From an uncultured Acidobacteriaceae bacterium (GTDB taxonomy: Bacteria > Acidobacteriota > Terriglobia > Terriglobales > Acidobacteriaceae), in contig CAWKHY010000003.1 of assembly GCA_963849505.1 (NCBI GenBank), positions 6,096 to 70,095 of the forward strand: DNA of 64,000 nt. Reading direction: 5' to 3'. The notes below the pieces were generated by a model. The model saw only the letters and a program-made list of their open reading frames with translations, had not been told where the DNA came from and did not search any database. A program made the position numbers and the translations under genes. Shown here in pieces: positions 43,668 through 55,117 of the stretch (its first letter is position 1; every line of letters begins with the position of its first letter).

Positions 43668-44600
43668 TCAAAGCGTAAAGAGGCCATGCCAGATTGCAAA
43701 AAGGGAAGCGATCGCGACAATAACCCACAGGAGCAATCCCTGGAGCATGGGCCGGATACCGACCTGCTTGAGCACCTTGCGTGAGATTCCCGTACCGATG
43801 AGAAAAAGCGTAACTGACAGGCCAATTTTCCCAAGCCTGCTCAGCTCCACAAATACAGAGTGAAGCCGCGGCGCATAGGTGCTGAACACGGTGGCCGCGC
43901 AGAATAGCCCAATGAACCATGGCCATTGGATTCGGGCCGAGCTCTTTCGCATCGTGGCAAGAGTCAGGGTTACCGGCACGATCCACATAGCTCGCGCCAG
44001 CTTCACGGTTGTTCCTACCGCCAGTGCTGTGGGCCCGAATCGTTGAGAGGCGCCCACTACAGAACTTGTGTCGTGGATGGCGAGCGCTGCCCACAACCCA
44101 AACTGGGTCTGACTTAAGTGCAGCCACCACCCCACGAGGGGAAACAAGAACAAGGCAATGGAATTGAGGACAAACACGGTGCCGAGCGAGACCGTCATTT
44201 CTTCTTCGTCAGCGTTGAGTACAGGGCCGATGGCGGCGATCGCGCTGCCCCCGCAGATGGCTGTTCCCGCGCAGATCAGGAGAGACTGCACCTTTCCCAC
44301 GCGAAAGACACACCCCAGGGAAAGACCAATGACCATGGCAAAGGTGATACTCAGGGCGGTAAAGAGGAATCCGGAGCGCCCGACCTTGATTACCTGCTCG
44401 AGATTCATCCCAAATCCCAAGAGCACGACAGATGCCTGTAGCAGGAACTTCGATAGTTCTCTGCTGGCTACCTGAAAGGGATGGATGAACGTGAGTCCGT
44501 AAATGATACCCGCGCTGAGGGCGAGAGAGGAGACAGAATTCCGGCGGCCGCTAGAATGATACCAAAAAAGAACAATTTCTTGGACATGCATCTCTAGCAT
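43668..44600 (-). CDS. yeiH: YeiH/UPF0324 family putative sulfate exporter
   Basis: 310 aa polytopic membrane protein with a YeiH-like layout. It sits directly downstream of a YeiE-like LysR regulator. Confidence 0.65.
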   Translation of the reverse strand: MLEMHVQEIVLFWYHSSGRRNSVSSLALSAGIIYGLTFIHPFQVASRELSKFLLQASVVLLGFGMNLEQVIKVGRSGFLFTALSITFAMVIGLSLGCVFRVGKVQSLLICAGTAICGGSAIAAIGPVLNADEEEMTVSLGTVFVLNSIALFLFPLVGWWLHLSQTQFGLWAALAIHDTSSVVGASQRFGPTALAVGTTVKLARAMWIVPVTLTLATMRKSSARIQWPWFIGLFCAATVFSTYAPRLHSVFVELSRLGKIGLSVTLFLIGTGISRKVLKQVGIRPMLQGLLLWVIVAIASLFAIWHGLFTL

Positions 44601-44636
44601 GTGCTGGACCTCATCTTCGAGTCCAAGTCTTTGTTC

Positions 44637-45578
44637 TTATCGGCGATTTGTTTTTGTAATGACTTTCGGACTGTTCGCTTTCTGCATTCCCATCTGTTCA
44701 AGTGCGAATTGCCAGAAGATACCTATGATCCCAGAAGGTCTGGGACCCAGCGGGCGAACAAGCGTGAATTGTCTGCGCACATCAAGCCCCTTCACTTGGA
44801 TCTGCACGACGGTGCCAAGAATCAGCTCCTTGCGAACCGCCCAGTTGGAGACGAATCCTACACCCAGACCCGCCTCAACGGTTGAAACGATCGCCTCTGT
44901 CGAATCCAGTTCCATTTCAATTCGCAATTCACTCAGGGCCAGCCCGCTCGCCTGCAGAGCCTCTTCCACCACGCGTCGCGAGCCTGAACCATGTTCGCGC
45001 ATCAGCATAGGCAGATTCGCGAGATCCTTGAGAGAGATCATCGACGTTCCAGTCCACTCCTCGGAGGCAGGCGCAATCAAGACCATGGAATCTTCGAGGA
45101 AAGGCTCGAGATGGAGATCCTTTTTAAGCGCAGGACCTTCGATCATCCCCACGTCGATGCTCTCACTGGCCAGCCTGGCCACGATGTCTTCCGTGTTTCC
45201 GCTGACAACCGAAACCCTGACGTGTGGGTGTACTTCCTGAAACAACCCTAGCATCCTCGGCAGCACATATTGAGCAACGGTGGTAGAAGCCCCAAGACGC
45301 AACTCCCCCTGTGATTTGCCACTTAACTCTGCTAATGCCGCGCGTGTCTCTTGAGCCAGCCGGGAGCTCTTGTGGGCGAACTCCAATACGATGCGTCCCG
45401 CGTCCGTCAATTGAACGCGGTTTCCACCACGGTCAAACAGGCGAACCCCAAGTTCCTCTTCCAGAGCATGCACTTGCTGACTGACCGCTGGCTGGCTGAG
45501 GTGAAGGTGCTCGGAAGCCTTGCGAAAACTTGCCTGCTCGGCCACCGCGCGAAATACTGTGATTCTGAAATTCTCCAT
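44637..45578 (-). CDS. LysR family transcriptional regulator (YeiE/CysL-like)
   Basis: N-terminal HTH FRAVAEQASFRKASEHLHLSQPAVSQQVHALEEELGVRLFDR plus a substrate-binding domain. Confidence 0.85.
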   Translation of the reverse strand: MENFRITVFRAVAEQASFRKASEHLHLSQPAVSQQVHALEEELGVRLFDRGGNRVQLTDAGRIVLEFAHKSSRLAQETRAALAELSGKSQGELRLGASTTVAQYVLPRMLGLFQEVHPHVRVSVVSGNTEDIVARLASESIDVGMIEGPALKKDLHLEPFLEDSMVLIAPASEEWTGTSMISLKDLANLPMLMREHGSGSRRVVEEALQASGLALSELRIEMELDSTEAIVSTVEAGLGVGFVSNWAVRKELILGTVVQIQVKGLDVRRQFTLVRPLGPRPSGIIGIFWQFALEQMGMQKANSPKVITKTNRR

Positions 45579-45674
45579 CTGAATTCTTAATGCACCTCGA
45601 CAGAGTGGCGATGAGCCCGAAGATACCAGATCTACTCAGCGTGTAGGGAAGTGTTTCTGCAAGCGACGGCATCA

Positions 45675-47513
45675 TCATTGTGCGATGACGCCCTTGCCCT
45701 CTTCGATCGTAAAGATTCGGTCGATCGCGGGGAGGGAAACCTTCTCCTTCTGTCCGCTCGGCCAATGAATTTCAATCTCATCGACCGCCATAGAGTCTCC
45801 TAGTCCGAAGTGAACTCTAAAGTCGTTCGAGGACAGATAGCTTCCGCCGCTAAGGACATCGCCACGCTGGCGAATTCCGCCAGAGCTCAGGTAAACTGTG
45901 GCTCCCACTGCATCGCGAGGGCTCTTCAGTCCCCCAACAAGCTTAAGTTCCACCCAGTGGTGATGATCCTGGTTGACGTTGCGCAACAGGGCCGGAACCC
46001 CATCCATATTGCTGATCACCACATCGATCTTGCCATCATTAAACAGGTCGCCAAACGCGGCGCCTCTGCCAACGCTCACTACTGCGAGCCCAGTGCCCTC
46101 TACCGGCGGGACGACCTCGAACTTCCCATTCTTTAAATTGTGAAAGAGCAGCGGACGCTCCGCATAGGTGTATCCCCATTCCGGGAATTTATCCACTACC
46201 GGATAGACGTGTCCGTTTGCAATAAGGAGGTCTTTCCAACCATCGTTATCATAATCAAGGAATCCGTCTCCGAAACTGACGAAGGGGATACTTACAGTCG
46301 CAACGCCACTCTCCATGCTGACATCCGTGAAGCTGCCAGTTCCGTCGTTTTGGTAAACAACCTTGTAGTCATCGGAGAATGTGGTGTTCACAATATCCAT
46401 GTGCCCGTCGTTTTCGTAATCGCCGGCCGCGATCCCCATCGACGCGGTCTCATGGCCATCCGCTGCAACGGCATAGCCACCCTCGAGGCTTTGATCTTCG
46501 AAGGTACTGTCTCCCTTGTTTATGTAGAGGTAGTTTGGCGTCGAGTCGTTGGCTACTAACAGATCAGGTTTGCCGTCGTTGTTGACATCGACAAAGAGTG
46601 CCCCCAGGCCGTAGTAGCCATTATGATCGCCAACCCCGGCTTTCTCACTTACATCCGTGAAAGTCCCATCGCCATTGTTATGGAATAGATGATCGGGCTC
46701 ACCCGGTAGCCCACGCGGCCCACATAGAACTGTCTGGCCCCGAAACTGACAGGTACCCGATGCGGCGGAGCGTGCTTCTGGAAGTGGTGGATGCTCCACG
46801 TCATAGTGAACATATCCAGCTACGAAGAGGTCCAGACGCCCATCTCCGTCGTAATCGCCAAACGTGGCGGCAGTGGACCAGTTGCCAAGTGTGACCCCAG
46901 CCTTTTCTGCGACATCCGTAAAGGTGCCATTGTGATTGTTGTGGTACAGGCGATTCTTTCCATAGTTGGAGACGAATATATCGGGCCAGCCATCATTGTC
47001 ATAGTCTCCCACCACCACGCCATAGCCCCATCTGTCGTTTGTCACGCCCGCCTTTGCGGCAACATCTGTGAATGTGCCGTCGTGATTGTTGTGAAACAGC
47101 GCGGAGTGTGGCGGTTCTGCTTTGCCGTTGAGCGCATCGTACGTCGTTCCATTCACGAAATAGATATCGAGCCAGCCATCGTTGTCGTAGTCCAGTAGCG
47201 CAACTCCTGGTCCTTTCGCTTCCAGGATGAAGCGTTTGTTCTTGCTTCCGCCAATGTGCTGCCAGCGAGTGAGGCCGGCTTGCTCGGCTATATTCTGGAA
47301 GACCACTGGACCAGTCTTGACAAAGCCTCCGGCAGTAATCGGCCTGTGTTGACGATCCATCTGTGCGGCATGAGATTCTCCAGTCGCCATGCCCGGAGAC
47401 GTCGAAGCCTGCATTGGAACTGGCGTCGTACCTGTGGAAGGATTTTGAGAGTATGCGCAAGCGGAAGCGAGCAGCACAAGTAACGCAAGATGATTGACAA
47501 CGATGGGACGCAT
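45675..47513 (-). CDS. CRTAC1-family protein (FG-GAP/VCBS repeats + ASPIC/UnbV C-terminal domain), secreted
   Basis: Repeated FHNNxDGTFTDV..KAGV and DYDNDGWxDI units. The C-terminal GGSYLSSNDFRVHFGLG is an UnbV_ASPIC signature. The start at 47513 or 47531 gives a signal peptide; the ORF opens at 47648. Confidence 0.85.
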   Translation of the reverse strand: MRPIVVNHLALLVLLASACAYSQNPSTGTTPVPMQASTSPGMATGESHAAQMDRQHRPITAGGFVKTGPVVFQNIAEQAGLTRWQHIGGSKNKRFILEAKGPGVALLDYDNDGWLDIYFVNGTTYDALNGKAEPPHSALFHNNHDGTFTDVAAKAGVTNDRWGYGVVVGDYDNDGWPDIFVSNYGKNRLYHNNHNGTFTDVAEKAGVTLGNWSTAATFGDYDGDGRLDLFVAGYVHYDVEHPPLPEARSAASGTCQFRGQTVLCGPRGLPGEPDHLFHNNGDGTFTDVSEKAGVGDHNGYYGLGALFVDVNNDGKPDLLVANDSTPNYLYINKGDSTFEDQSLEGGYAVAADGHETASMGIAAGDYENDGHMDIVNTTFSDDYKVVYQNDGTGSFTDVSMESGVATVSIPFVSFGDGFLDYDNDGWKDLLIANGHVYPVVDKFPEWGYTYAERPLLFHNLKNGKFEVVPPVEGTGLAVVSVGRGAAFGDLFNDGKIDVVISNMDGVPALLRNVNQDHHHWVELKLVGGLKSPRDAVGATVYLSSGGIRQRGDVLSGGSYLSSNDFRVHFGLGDSMAVDEIEIHWPSGQKEKVSLPAIDRIFTIEEGKGVIAQ

Positions 47514-47681
47514 CGATACCACACTCGGCATGGAGTTGTTAATTAGGCGATCGTCACAAAGGTACGCCCTTATGCCCACAACTACATCCATCGAGAGATG
47601 TACCCTGCAATTAAAATTGGAAGGTTGAGGGTGCTTGTGATCTAGCACACACCACCTATCCTTTTGTACTCGATCGCCCGG

Positions 47682-48431
47682 TCACTGCAGGAGCAGTTTC
47701 TCCGGCGTATTCAATTCGATTGAAATTTCCGGTTGCGAGGTGAGGGTGTTGTGAACAATGCACTGATGCACGGAGCGCATCATCGCCAGTCTCTGTTCTT
47801 CTGTGAGCGGCACCGGACAATCCACTTGAACGCGAAAATCTCCCATTCTTGCTGGCTGCTTGAGTTTAACGGCAGTGACTGAAACGTCTACGCCCGACTC
47901 TGAGAGATTGCGCGTTTTCAGATATTGTGTGGCGTAGTAAGCCGCACAGGAACCAAGAGAAGCGAGCAGCAATTCAGGTGGCGTGAATCCAGTATCCTGT
48001 CCGCTGTTGTCGGTGGGTTGATCGCTGATGATAGAGTGTTCACGGGCCTGAATTGAAAACCTTACATTATCAAGATGACTTACTTTTACTTTCATGTTCA
48101 TCCCCACTTCTTTCTGGTCACGATGTCTGGTCTCCAGAAGCGTGAGCTGCTCCTGGGGAGCACGGGAGTCATCGAGTTCAATTGAGTCAGAAACCATCGA
48201 AAGACAAATTGGCGTCACTTTTCGCAACCAATCGTCGAACTCTTTGGGTTTCTCCATGGTGCCGGCCGCGTTCCATGCACTCACCAGGGCACGGCACAGG
48301 GATAAGCCGGCGCCCTCTTTGCCTGCTTCCAGCCGCAGCATCGAACGGTACATTTCGTCCTGCAGACCATTCATGGTCAGTCGAATGGGCCGTCGATGCG
48401 GAGTTCTTTCGGAACGCTTGGGTATCTCCAT
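47682..48431 (-). CDS. OsmC-family protein with an unrecognised ~110-aa N-terminal extension
   Basis: The C-terminal 139 aa (from MNMKVKVSHL at 48101) has an OsmC/Ohr fold (TPPELLLASLGSCAAYYA, HQCIVHNTL). The reading frame stays open to 48431, only 3 nt after the upstream gene's stop in an otherwise gap-free operon. Confidence 0.65.
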   Translation of the reverse strand: MEIPKRSERTPHRRPIRLTMNGLQDEMYRSMLRLEAGKEGAGLSLCRALVSAWNAAGTMEKPKEFDDWLRKVTPICLSMVSDSIELDDSRAPQEQLTLLETRHRDQKEVGMNMKVKVSHLDNVRFSIQAREHSIISDQPTDNSGQDTGFTPPELLLASLGSCAAYYATQYLKTRNLSESGVDVSVTAVKLKQPARMGDFRVQVDCPVPLTEEQRLAMMRSVHQCIVHNTLTSQPEISIELNTPEKLLLQ

Positions 48432-48434
48432 GCC

Positions 48435-49037
48435 TCAGGACACCGATCTGCCCGCTACATTCGCAAGTACGAGGTAGGAAAATGGCCCAATCTCGACGGT
48501 CGAGCGCACTTGGAATCCCGCCGCAGCGAGCGCCTTCCCAACACTCTCCTTTGTAAGACGATGCTCGAGAGGTGGTCCAGGTGGCTGTTGTACATCGGGT
48601 CGCCAATCCAGGATCGCAATTCGGCCTCGCTCCTTGAGGATCCGAGACATCTCGGTGAGTACCGCCGGGATGTCTTCCAGTTCGTGCCAGATGTTTGCCA
48701 GGAGTGCCAAGTCACAACTCTCAGGGGAAAGCCCGGTTGCGGATGCCTCCCCAACCTTGCACTCGACATTTGCAATCCCGGACGCAGCCAACTTGACTCG
48801 AAGATGCGAGAGCATCTCGGGTTCAGCATCGACAGCGAATACTTTGCCCATAGTGCCAACAGCGTCGGCCATGGGCAGAGCGAAATATCCCGTGCCCGCG
48901 CCCACGTCTGCAACCGACCATCCACGATGAAGTTCCAGAGCGCTTAGCACCGCGTCGACTGGCAGCCATGTTTTGCGCTCGGGAGCATCGAGCCTGTGGG
49001 CCTGAGAGGGAGAAAACCTGCGATCGTTCATCGTCAT
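48435..49037 (-). CDS. Class I SAM-dependent methyltransferase
   Basis: Motif I is VADVGAGTGYFALPMA, with post-I VFAVDAEPEML. Confidence 0.8.
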   Translation of the reverse strand: MTMNDRRFSPSQAHRLDAPERKTWLPVDAVLSALELHRGWSVADVGAGTGYFALPMADAVGTMGKVFAVDAEPEMLSHLRVKLAASGIANVECKVGEASATGLSPESCDLALLANIWHELEDIPAVLTEMSRILKERGRIAILDWRPDVQQPPGPPLEHRLTKESVGKALAAAGFQVRSTVEIGPFSYLVLANVAGRSVS

Positions 49038-49040
49038 CCT

Positions 49041-49250
49041 TCAGCGAGTGGATTTAGCAGCGTTGTCTTTCAGACCCATGGCGCGGAAGATCGCCATGGC
49101 GGGGCACCAGTTGGTGAACGCTGACTGAAGCAGGTTGAGTCCCACGAACGCCGTCAGAAAATACCAGTACGGCGATACATAATGACCAAGAGCAACGGAT
49201 ATGAGGATGATGACACCAGCCATCATGCGGACTGCACGTTCAACGGTCAT
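49041..49250 (-). CDS. DUF2892 (YgaP-like) small membrane protein, second copy
   Basis: 69 aa with [10 protein letters not shown]...NWCPAMAIF. Its start overlaps the RND stop (49247-49250). Confidence 0.8.
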   Translation of the reverse strand: MTVERAVRMMAGVIILISVALGHYVSPYWYFLTAFVGLNLLQSAFTNWCPAMAIFRAMGLKDNAAKSTR

Positions 49251-52200
49251 AGGTTCTCCTTGTTAGTTAAGACTTTCTCCGGTACATCGCACAACGGAGT
49301 TTCGCACTCGGCGATGTTTTCGGGCGAGTGAATGTGATCGCCCATCCCTGTCTCTGGCATCCGACTGTGGATCATGTAGTAGAGGACGGGAATGGTCGGC
49401 CAGGAGAGCAGCGTCGAAGCCACTGCACCTGCTATCAATGACAGCGCGAGACCCTGAAAGATCGGGTCTGGCAAAATTACGCTTGCCCCCACCACTACTG
49501 CGGCGGCGGTCAGTAGCATGGGCCGGAAGCGAACGGTGCCTGCGTCAATGACGGCATCGGCCAGCGGCACGCCATGCGCGCGGCGAAGTTCGATAAAGTC
49601 CACCAGGATGATTGAGTTGCGAACGATGATGCCTGCTCCGGCGATGAAGCCGATCATGGATGTGGCTGTGAAGAATGCGCCCATCATCGCGTGCGCCGGC
49701 AAAATGCCCACCAGCGTAAGCGGAATAGGCGCCATGATAACCATTGGCACGACGAAGGAGCGGAACCATCCAACTACCAGAACATAGATCAGAACGAGCA
49801 CTGCCGCGAAAGCCAGGCCGAGATCTCGAAACACCTCCAGCGTGATCTGCCACTCGCCGTCCCACTTCATTGCAAAGTGATCGGTCGATTCCGGCTGAAT
49901 GGAGTTGTACCGCGCGAGCGTGTAGCCGGCTGGAAGTTGCAGATGATCCAAAGCACTATTCATTCTGAAGATCGCATAAACGGGACTTTCTTCTGCGCCG
50001 GAGACATCTCCGGTTACATAAACCACCGGCCGCATATTCTTGCGGTAGATGCTCGGTTCCAGGACGCCATGCTCCACCTGGGTCAGTTCGAGCAACGAGA
50101 TCAAACTGCCATCAGCGCCGTTCAGTTTGATTCCCTCCAAAGCTTCTAAGGAAGATCGGTCCGTGCGCTCCATTTGTACCGCGACCGGAATTGCCTCGCG
50201 GGACGTTTCATCGTGTACCAGGCCGGCTTCCGCGCCGGACTCGGCGATCGTCAGTGCGCGAGCGACGTCTGCGACTGCGATGCCATGAAGTGCCGCTTTC
50301 GTCTCATCTACCTTGAAAGTGACTTTTGGTTGAGCGTCTTCCACATACCAGTCCACGTCGACCACGCCTGGAGTTTCCTGGAAAACCTTCTTCACTTGGC
50401 GTGCGACGTTCAACTGGCCGGAGGGATCGGGCCCATAAATCTCGGCTACGAGAGTCTGGATCACTGGGGGACCCGGGGGCACCTCACTCACCTTGATGCG
50501 AGCGCCAAAAGGCAATCCCAGCTTTACGAGTTCCGGTCTCATTCGCTTTGCAATCTCATGGCTCTGAGCGCTGCGCTCTTTGATGGGAAGAAGATTTACC
50601 TGGATATCAGCCTGATTTGGCTGATGGCGAAGATAGTAATGGCGAACCAGTCCATTGAAGTTGTACGGGCCAGACAGGCCGGCGTAGACCTGGTAGTTCG
50701 CAACTTCTGGCTGTCGTGCGAGATAACGTCCAAGCAATTGCGAGACCTGCGCAGTCTGTTCGAGCGTGGTCCCATCCGGCATATCGACAATCACCTGGAA
50801 CTCGCTCTTGTTATCGAATGGCAGCATCTTCACGCGCACGAGTTTCAGCGGGACCAGCGCACATGCAAGCAGGAAGAGAACGACGACTCCGGCAAGAAAG
50901 AGCAGCCGATTGCGATGAGACTGGATCAGCGGCGTCATGATTCGCTTGTAGAGACTCGCAGTCGACCCCCCTTCAGAGGAGTGCTTCTTGTGCTTCTCGG
51001 AGGTATGCGCCAGCAGATGCATTGCGGCCCAGGGCGACACCACGAAGGCGACGATAAGCGAGAACACCATGGCGGAAGAGGCGCCAACGGGAATGGGGCG
51101 CATGTAAGGCCCCATCAGTCCACGCACAAATGCCATGGGCAGGATTGCGGCGATGACGCCAATGGTTGCAAGGATGGTTGGATTGCCCACTTCCGCGACG
51201 GATTCAATGGCCACTTCATTCAGCGGCCGTCCATGATTCTCTGGCAGACGGAAATGCCGCACCATGTTCTCGACTACCACGATGGCGTCGTCCACGAGGA
51301 TGCCGATACTGAAGATCAGCGCAAACAAGGTGACGCGATTCAGCGTGTAACCGTAAAGGTAGAAGACCGCCAAGGTGAGAGCCAGCGTTACGGGAATGGC
51401 CAGCAGAACCACCCCAGACTCTCTCCATCCGAGGAAGAGCGCGATCAGCAGCGTGACTGAGAGCGTGGCGAGCAGCAGGTGCTCGAGCAATTCATCAGAT
51501 TTCGCCTTGGCTGTTTCACCATAGTTGCGCGTCGTCGTGATGTTCACGTCCCCCGGGAGCGTGGTCTTGCGCATCTCCGTAATGCGTTCCAGGACAGCAT
51601 TCGCGATATCGGTCGCGTTCGTTCCCTTGCGCTTTGCAACCGTAATGGTGACGGCAGGATACTCGGCTCCAACTGGATTGTTGGTTTGCGCGCTTCCCGC
51701 ACCGGTCCCAAAAACAACATAATCGGTGGGATCTGCCGGACCATCGACGATTTCCGAAGCAACGTTTCGAAGATAGACGGGACGCCCATGATCAACTGCA
51801 ACAACTACTTCTCCTACGTCTTCTTTAGTACGCAGGAAGTCGCCAGCGTCAACTCGGATCTGTTGGTTGTTAGCAGCGTATTCGCCCGCCTGCACAAGCG
51901 CATTTGCAGCCTGTAATCGCCCAACAACCGTGCTCGGTGAAATGGAGTAGGAAGCCAGGCGGTCCTTGTCGAGCACTACGCGCATCGCTCGGGGCTGTCC
52001 TCCTAGGATGCGCGTCTCCGAGACATCGTCGACCTGCTTGATACTGTGATTCAACTCTGCTGCGATCGAGCGCAGTTGGTAGGAAGAATAGTTTTTCCCC
52101 CATAGAGTCAAAGAGAGAATGGGAACGTCGTCGATGGACCGGGCCTTGATCATGGGTTGCGATGCACCCTGAGGAATGCGGTCCATATTCGAATAAAGCT

Positions 52201-52552
52201 TGCTGTAGACCTTGATCAGCGCGTCTTCTTGACTTGTCCCAACCAGGAAGCGCGCAATGACAAGGCTCGATCCCGGGGCGGATGTTGAATACACAAATTC
52301 AACTCCAGGAATTTCGCGCAGGAGCGTCTCGATTGGAATCGTGATGCGCTGCTCCACCTCGCTAGGGGATGCACCTGGCATCGCGGTCATCACATCGAGC
52401 ATCGGTACCACGATTTGCGGCTCTTCTTCGCGAGGGATCACCATCACCGCAAATGCTCCCAGGGCAAGGGAAGCGACGATGAACAAGGGTGTCAGCTTGG
52501 AGCTGATGAAGGTCGCTGCGATCCGGCCGGCGATGCCGAGGTGCTGCTTCAC
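49247..52552 (-). CDS. RND efflux transporter permease (AcrB/CzcA superfamily)
   Basis: 1101 aa with 12 TM helices plus two large periplasmic loops and typical N-terminal [18 protein letters not shown]. Confidence 0.9.
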   Translation of the reverse strand: MKQHLGIAGRIAATFISSKLTPLFIVASLALGAFAVMVIPREEEPQIVVPMLDVMTAMPGASPSEVEQRITIPIETLLREIPGVEFVYSTSAPGSSLVIARFLVGTSQEDALIKVYSKLYSNMDRIPQGASQPMIKARSIDDVPILSLTLWGKNYSSYQLRSIAAELNHSIKQVDDVSETRILGGQPRAMRVVLDKDRLASYSISPSTVVGRLQAANALVQAGEYAANNQQIRVDAGDFLRTKEDVGEVVVAVDHGRPVYLRNVASEIVDGPADPTDYVVFGTGAGSAQTNNPVGAEYPAVTITVAKRKGTNATDIANAVLERITEMRKTTLPGDVNITTTRNYGETAKAKSDELLEHLLLATLSVTLLIALFLGWRESGVVLLAIPVTLALTLAVFYLYGYTLNRVTLFALIFSIGILVDDAIVVVENMVRHFRLPENHGRPLNEVAIESVAEVGNPTILATIGVIAAILPMAFVRGLMGPYMRPIPVGASSAMVFSLIVAFVVSPWAAMHLLAHTSEKHKKHSSEGGSTASLYKRIMTPLIQSHRNRLLFLAGVVVLFLLACALVPLKLVRVKMLPFDNKSEFQVIVDMPDGTTLEQTAQVSQLLGRYLARQPEVANYQVYAGLSGPYNFNGLVRHYYLRHQPNQADIQVNLLPIKERSAQSHEIAKRMRPELVKLGLPFGARIKVSEVPPGPPVIQTLVAEIYGPDPSGQLNVARQVKKVFQETPGVVDVDWYVEDAQPKVTFKVDETKAALHGIAVADVARALTIAESGAEAGLVHDETSREAIPVAVQMERTDRSSLEALEGIKLNGADGSLISLLELTQVEHGVLEPSIYRKNMRPVVYVTGDVSGAEESPVYAIFRMNSALDHLQLPAGYTLARYNSIQPESTDHFAMKWDGEWQITLEVFRDLGLAFAAVLVLIYVLVVGWFRSFVVPMVIMAPIPLTLVGILPAHAMMGAFFTATSMIGFIAGAGIIVRNSIILVDFIELRRAHGVPLADAVIDAGTVRFRPMLLTAAAVVVGASVILPDPIFQGLALSLIAGAVASTLLSWPTIPVLYYMIHSRMPETGMGDHIHSPENIAECETPLCDVPEKVLTNKENL

Positions 52553-53664
52553 TGGCGCACCTCGATCTTCTTGCCGCCTAGCTCACGATCGCCAGGGGAC
52601 AGCACAATTGTTTCGCCTGCGTTGAGCCCCGAAAGAACTTCCACACTGGTGTCGTGTTTCGTGCCAACAGTGATGTAGCGCAAAGATGCAATATGATTTC
52701 CGTCAACAATCCATAAGCTGTTCAAAGAGCCATGACTCACCACCGCTGCCAGTGGAACCAGAAGTGCAGCGTGGTTCCCTGTCTCGATGCTGGCGGTGCC
52801 GAACATGCCTGGGTGCAACCCCGTCATTCCGGACAGATCGATCTTCACCAGAAAACTATGGCTCGTCGGATCCGCAGCAGGAACTATCTCGGAAATATGT
52901 CCACTGAGCGGTTGCGGAGCCGCGGCGATCGTGACCATAAGCGTCATTCCACGATGCACCAAGGGAAGAAGCGATTCGTCGATCGTTGCCTGCAACTGCA
53001 GGGGGCCTGACTTATCTACTTCAAGCAACGGCATACCCGGTGTTGCCATGCTGCCCGGATCGGCGTGGCGAGCGGTCACGTAGCCCGCGAAGGGAGCATG
53101 CAGACGGGCATACCCCGCAACTGCACGCGCACTGTCCTCCGAGGCCTTCGCGGCCAGCATCATGGATTTGGCAGATTCCACGCGCGCCGCGGCAGACTGT
53201 GATCGACGCTGCACTTCGTCGAACTCCTGCGGGCTGACGCTCTTCTTTTCGCGAAGCACCTCGTAACGCGCCAGAGTTGATTTGGCTAATGCTGACTCGT
53301 TCTCGGCGCCTTTGACTTCGGCCTCGCTGCTTGCAACACTTGCGTGCGCGCGCTCAAGATCGGAAAGTGCTTGCGCTCCATCGAGAACAACCAAAAGCTG
53401 GCCAGCCTGTACCTGGTCGCCTTCCCGTACGAGCACCGAAGTTACTCGCCCCATCATTTGAGCCGAGAGTGAGGCCGACTCTCTCGCGTGCACTGTACCT
53501 GCGGCATCCAGCGTCTTTGGTACCTGCTTTTCCTCAACTTGAGCCACCGCTAGACCGGACACAATTGGAGGCTCGGTGGGACGTACATCCGTTTTGGAAC
53601 AGCCAGTCGCTGCGATCAGAAGTGAAGCGACAAGTATGGCAAGGTAATTTCGACGATCGTTCAT
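52549..53664 (-). CDS. RND periplasmic adaptor (membrane fusion protein)
   Basis: 371 aa with lipoprotein-like N-terminus [10 protein letters not shown], a coiled-coil hairpin and beta-barrel regions. It overlaps both neighbours by 4 nt. Confidence 0.85.
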   Translation of the reverse strand: MNDRRNYLAILVASLLIAATGCSKTDVRPTEPPIVSGLAVAQVEEKQVPKTLDAAGTVHARESASLSAQMMGRVTSVLVREGDQVQAGQLLVVLDGAQALSDLERAHASVASSEAEVKGAENESALAKSTLARYEVLREKKSVSPQEFDEVQRRSQSAAARVESAKSMMLAAKASEDSARAVAGYARLHAPFAGYVTARHADPGSMATPGMPLLEVDKSGPLQLQATIDESLLPLVHRGMTLMVTIAAAPQPLSGHISEIVPAADPTSHSFLVKIDLSGMTGLHPGMFGTASIETGNHAALLVPLAAVVSHGSLNSLWIVDGNHIASLRYITVGTKHDTSVEVLSGLNAGETIVLSPGDRELGGKKIEVRQ

Positions 53665-55022
53665 TGAAGGTCCTCTACGCTGTCCGCAGTCAGCGTTCCG
53701 GTGGCGAATCTAAGGTTTGCGTAGGTCAACGTGTTCTGGAAGACAGCGTGCCAGTAGTTCACGCGGCTTTGCCGTTCTGCATCCTCGGCGCGCAAGGCCT
53801 CGGTTATCGTTGTCAGTCCGGCTTCATACCGGTCTTTCAGAATGCGCAGGCTCTCTTCTGTTTGCGCGGTGGAGGATCGGGAAGCGTCAAGCATCCTGCT
53901 CGCTGCCTGATGTTCGTAGTAGGCACGAGTCACCTCAAGCTGGATCTGCTGATCCGCAGAATCTGTAGCTGCCTGAATCCGGCGCTGCGCAATTTTTGCT
54001 GCGGCAAGATTGTCTCGTTTGCCCAACGGCAGAATGTCCAGCCTGAGCTCCGCTCCAGCAAGCCAGTTATTCCCACCCGCGCCGCCAATCGATGGCCTGT
54101 CAGTCTCCCAATTGCCGAACGCACTGATTTGCGGGCCGAAGGATGATTTGGCGGATTTCACCGCTGTATCACCGGCTTCCTTTGCCAGGCCGAGACTTTG
54201 CCTGTCTGCTCTGGTCTTGATCGCGAGCGCGACCGAATCGGCGAGTGGTGCTGGTTCGAACTTGCGCTCGGTTAGGGGCTGTAGTTGGCGTTGATCCCGG
54301 GGGATCGATTGCCCTATCGACGCCTCCAGTTCCGCCCAGGCGATCTCAACTCCTCCGGCTGCCGCAATCTGATCTTGTTGCCGCTCTGCAAGATTCGCCG
54401 TGGCCGTGAGTTTGTCGGAATCAACCGCTATTCCCGCCGCCACCCGGCTGTTACTCGATTCGAGAAGGGCCTTCGCAGTTTCCACTGCGTGGTCCGCCAC
54501 TTCTGCCTGGCGAATGGCAATGAGCACGGCTTCGTACGCTCCCACGACTCGATGGATGATCTCCTCGTCTGATTGTGCGGAGGCGGCAGAGGTGCTCTTT
54601 GCGAGTAGATCCGCCCTGTGAATCTCAAACTGAGTATGCCAGGAATCAAACGCCATCCAGTTGCCCGAGAAGCGAGTGACGAAGTTGTTGAGTGGTGTGG
54701 GGCGGTTCAGGCTGTCCAGCGAAAAATCCTTCGACTGGAAATTCTGTTGGCGAAGCAGTGAGCCGAACACGTACACGGGATCATTTCCGCGGGTTACCGA
54801 TTGGCCGAAATACAGATTTGGCAGTAGGGCGGTGCGCGCCAATTGAGAACCGATCTTCGCAGAGTCCACATCGGCTTGCGCGATCTGCCTGCTGGGGCTT
54901 TTTTCAAGGGACAACTTGACCGCTTGCCCCAACGAAAGCGGCACAGCCTGCTGCCCGGATGCTGCAGCCCAGGGGATGGCGATGAAGAAAAATGCGAGAT
55001 AAGCTCGCAGACGAATGCCCAT
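53661..55022 (-). CDS. TolC-family outer-membrane efflux protein
   Basis: 453 aa with a signal peptide and two TolC-type repeat halves. Confidence 0.85.
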   Translation of the reverse strand: MGIRLRAYLAFFFIAIPWAAASGQQAVPLSLGQAVKLSLEKSPSRQIAQADVDSAKIGSQLARTALLPNLYFGQSVTRGNDPVYVFGSLLRQQNFQSKDFSLDSLNRPTPLNNFVTRFSGNWMAFDSWHTQFEIHRADLLAKSTSAASAQSDEEIIHRVVGAYEAVLIAIRQAEVADHAVETAKALLESSNSRVAAGIAVDSDKLTATANLAERQQDQIAAAGGVEIAWAELEASIGQSIPRDQRQLQPLTERKFEPAPLADSVALAIKTRADRQSLGLAKEAGDTAVKSAKSSFGPQISAFGNWETDRPSIGGAGGNNWLAGAELRLDILPLGKRDNLAAAKIAQRRIQAATDSADQQIQLEVTRAYYEHQAASRMLDASRSSTAQTEESLRILKDRYEAGLTTITEALRAEDAERQSRVNYWHAVFQNTLTYANLRFATGTLTADSVEDLQ

Positions 55023-55117
55023 GTTTGCTTAGTGCCTTCCTTAAAAAGGACGCATTGGAATGTGCTCTCATTAGAAGAAAGACATGGAATCGGGAATTGT
55101 TACACTTTGGCGAAGTT

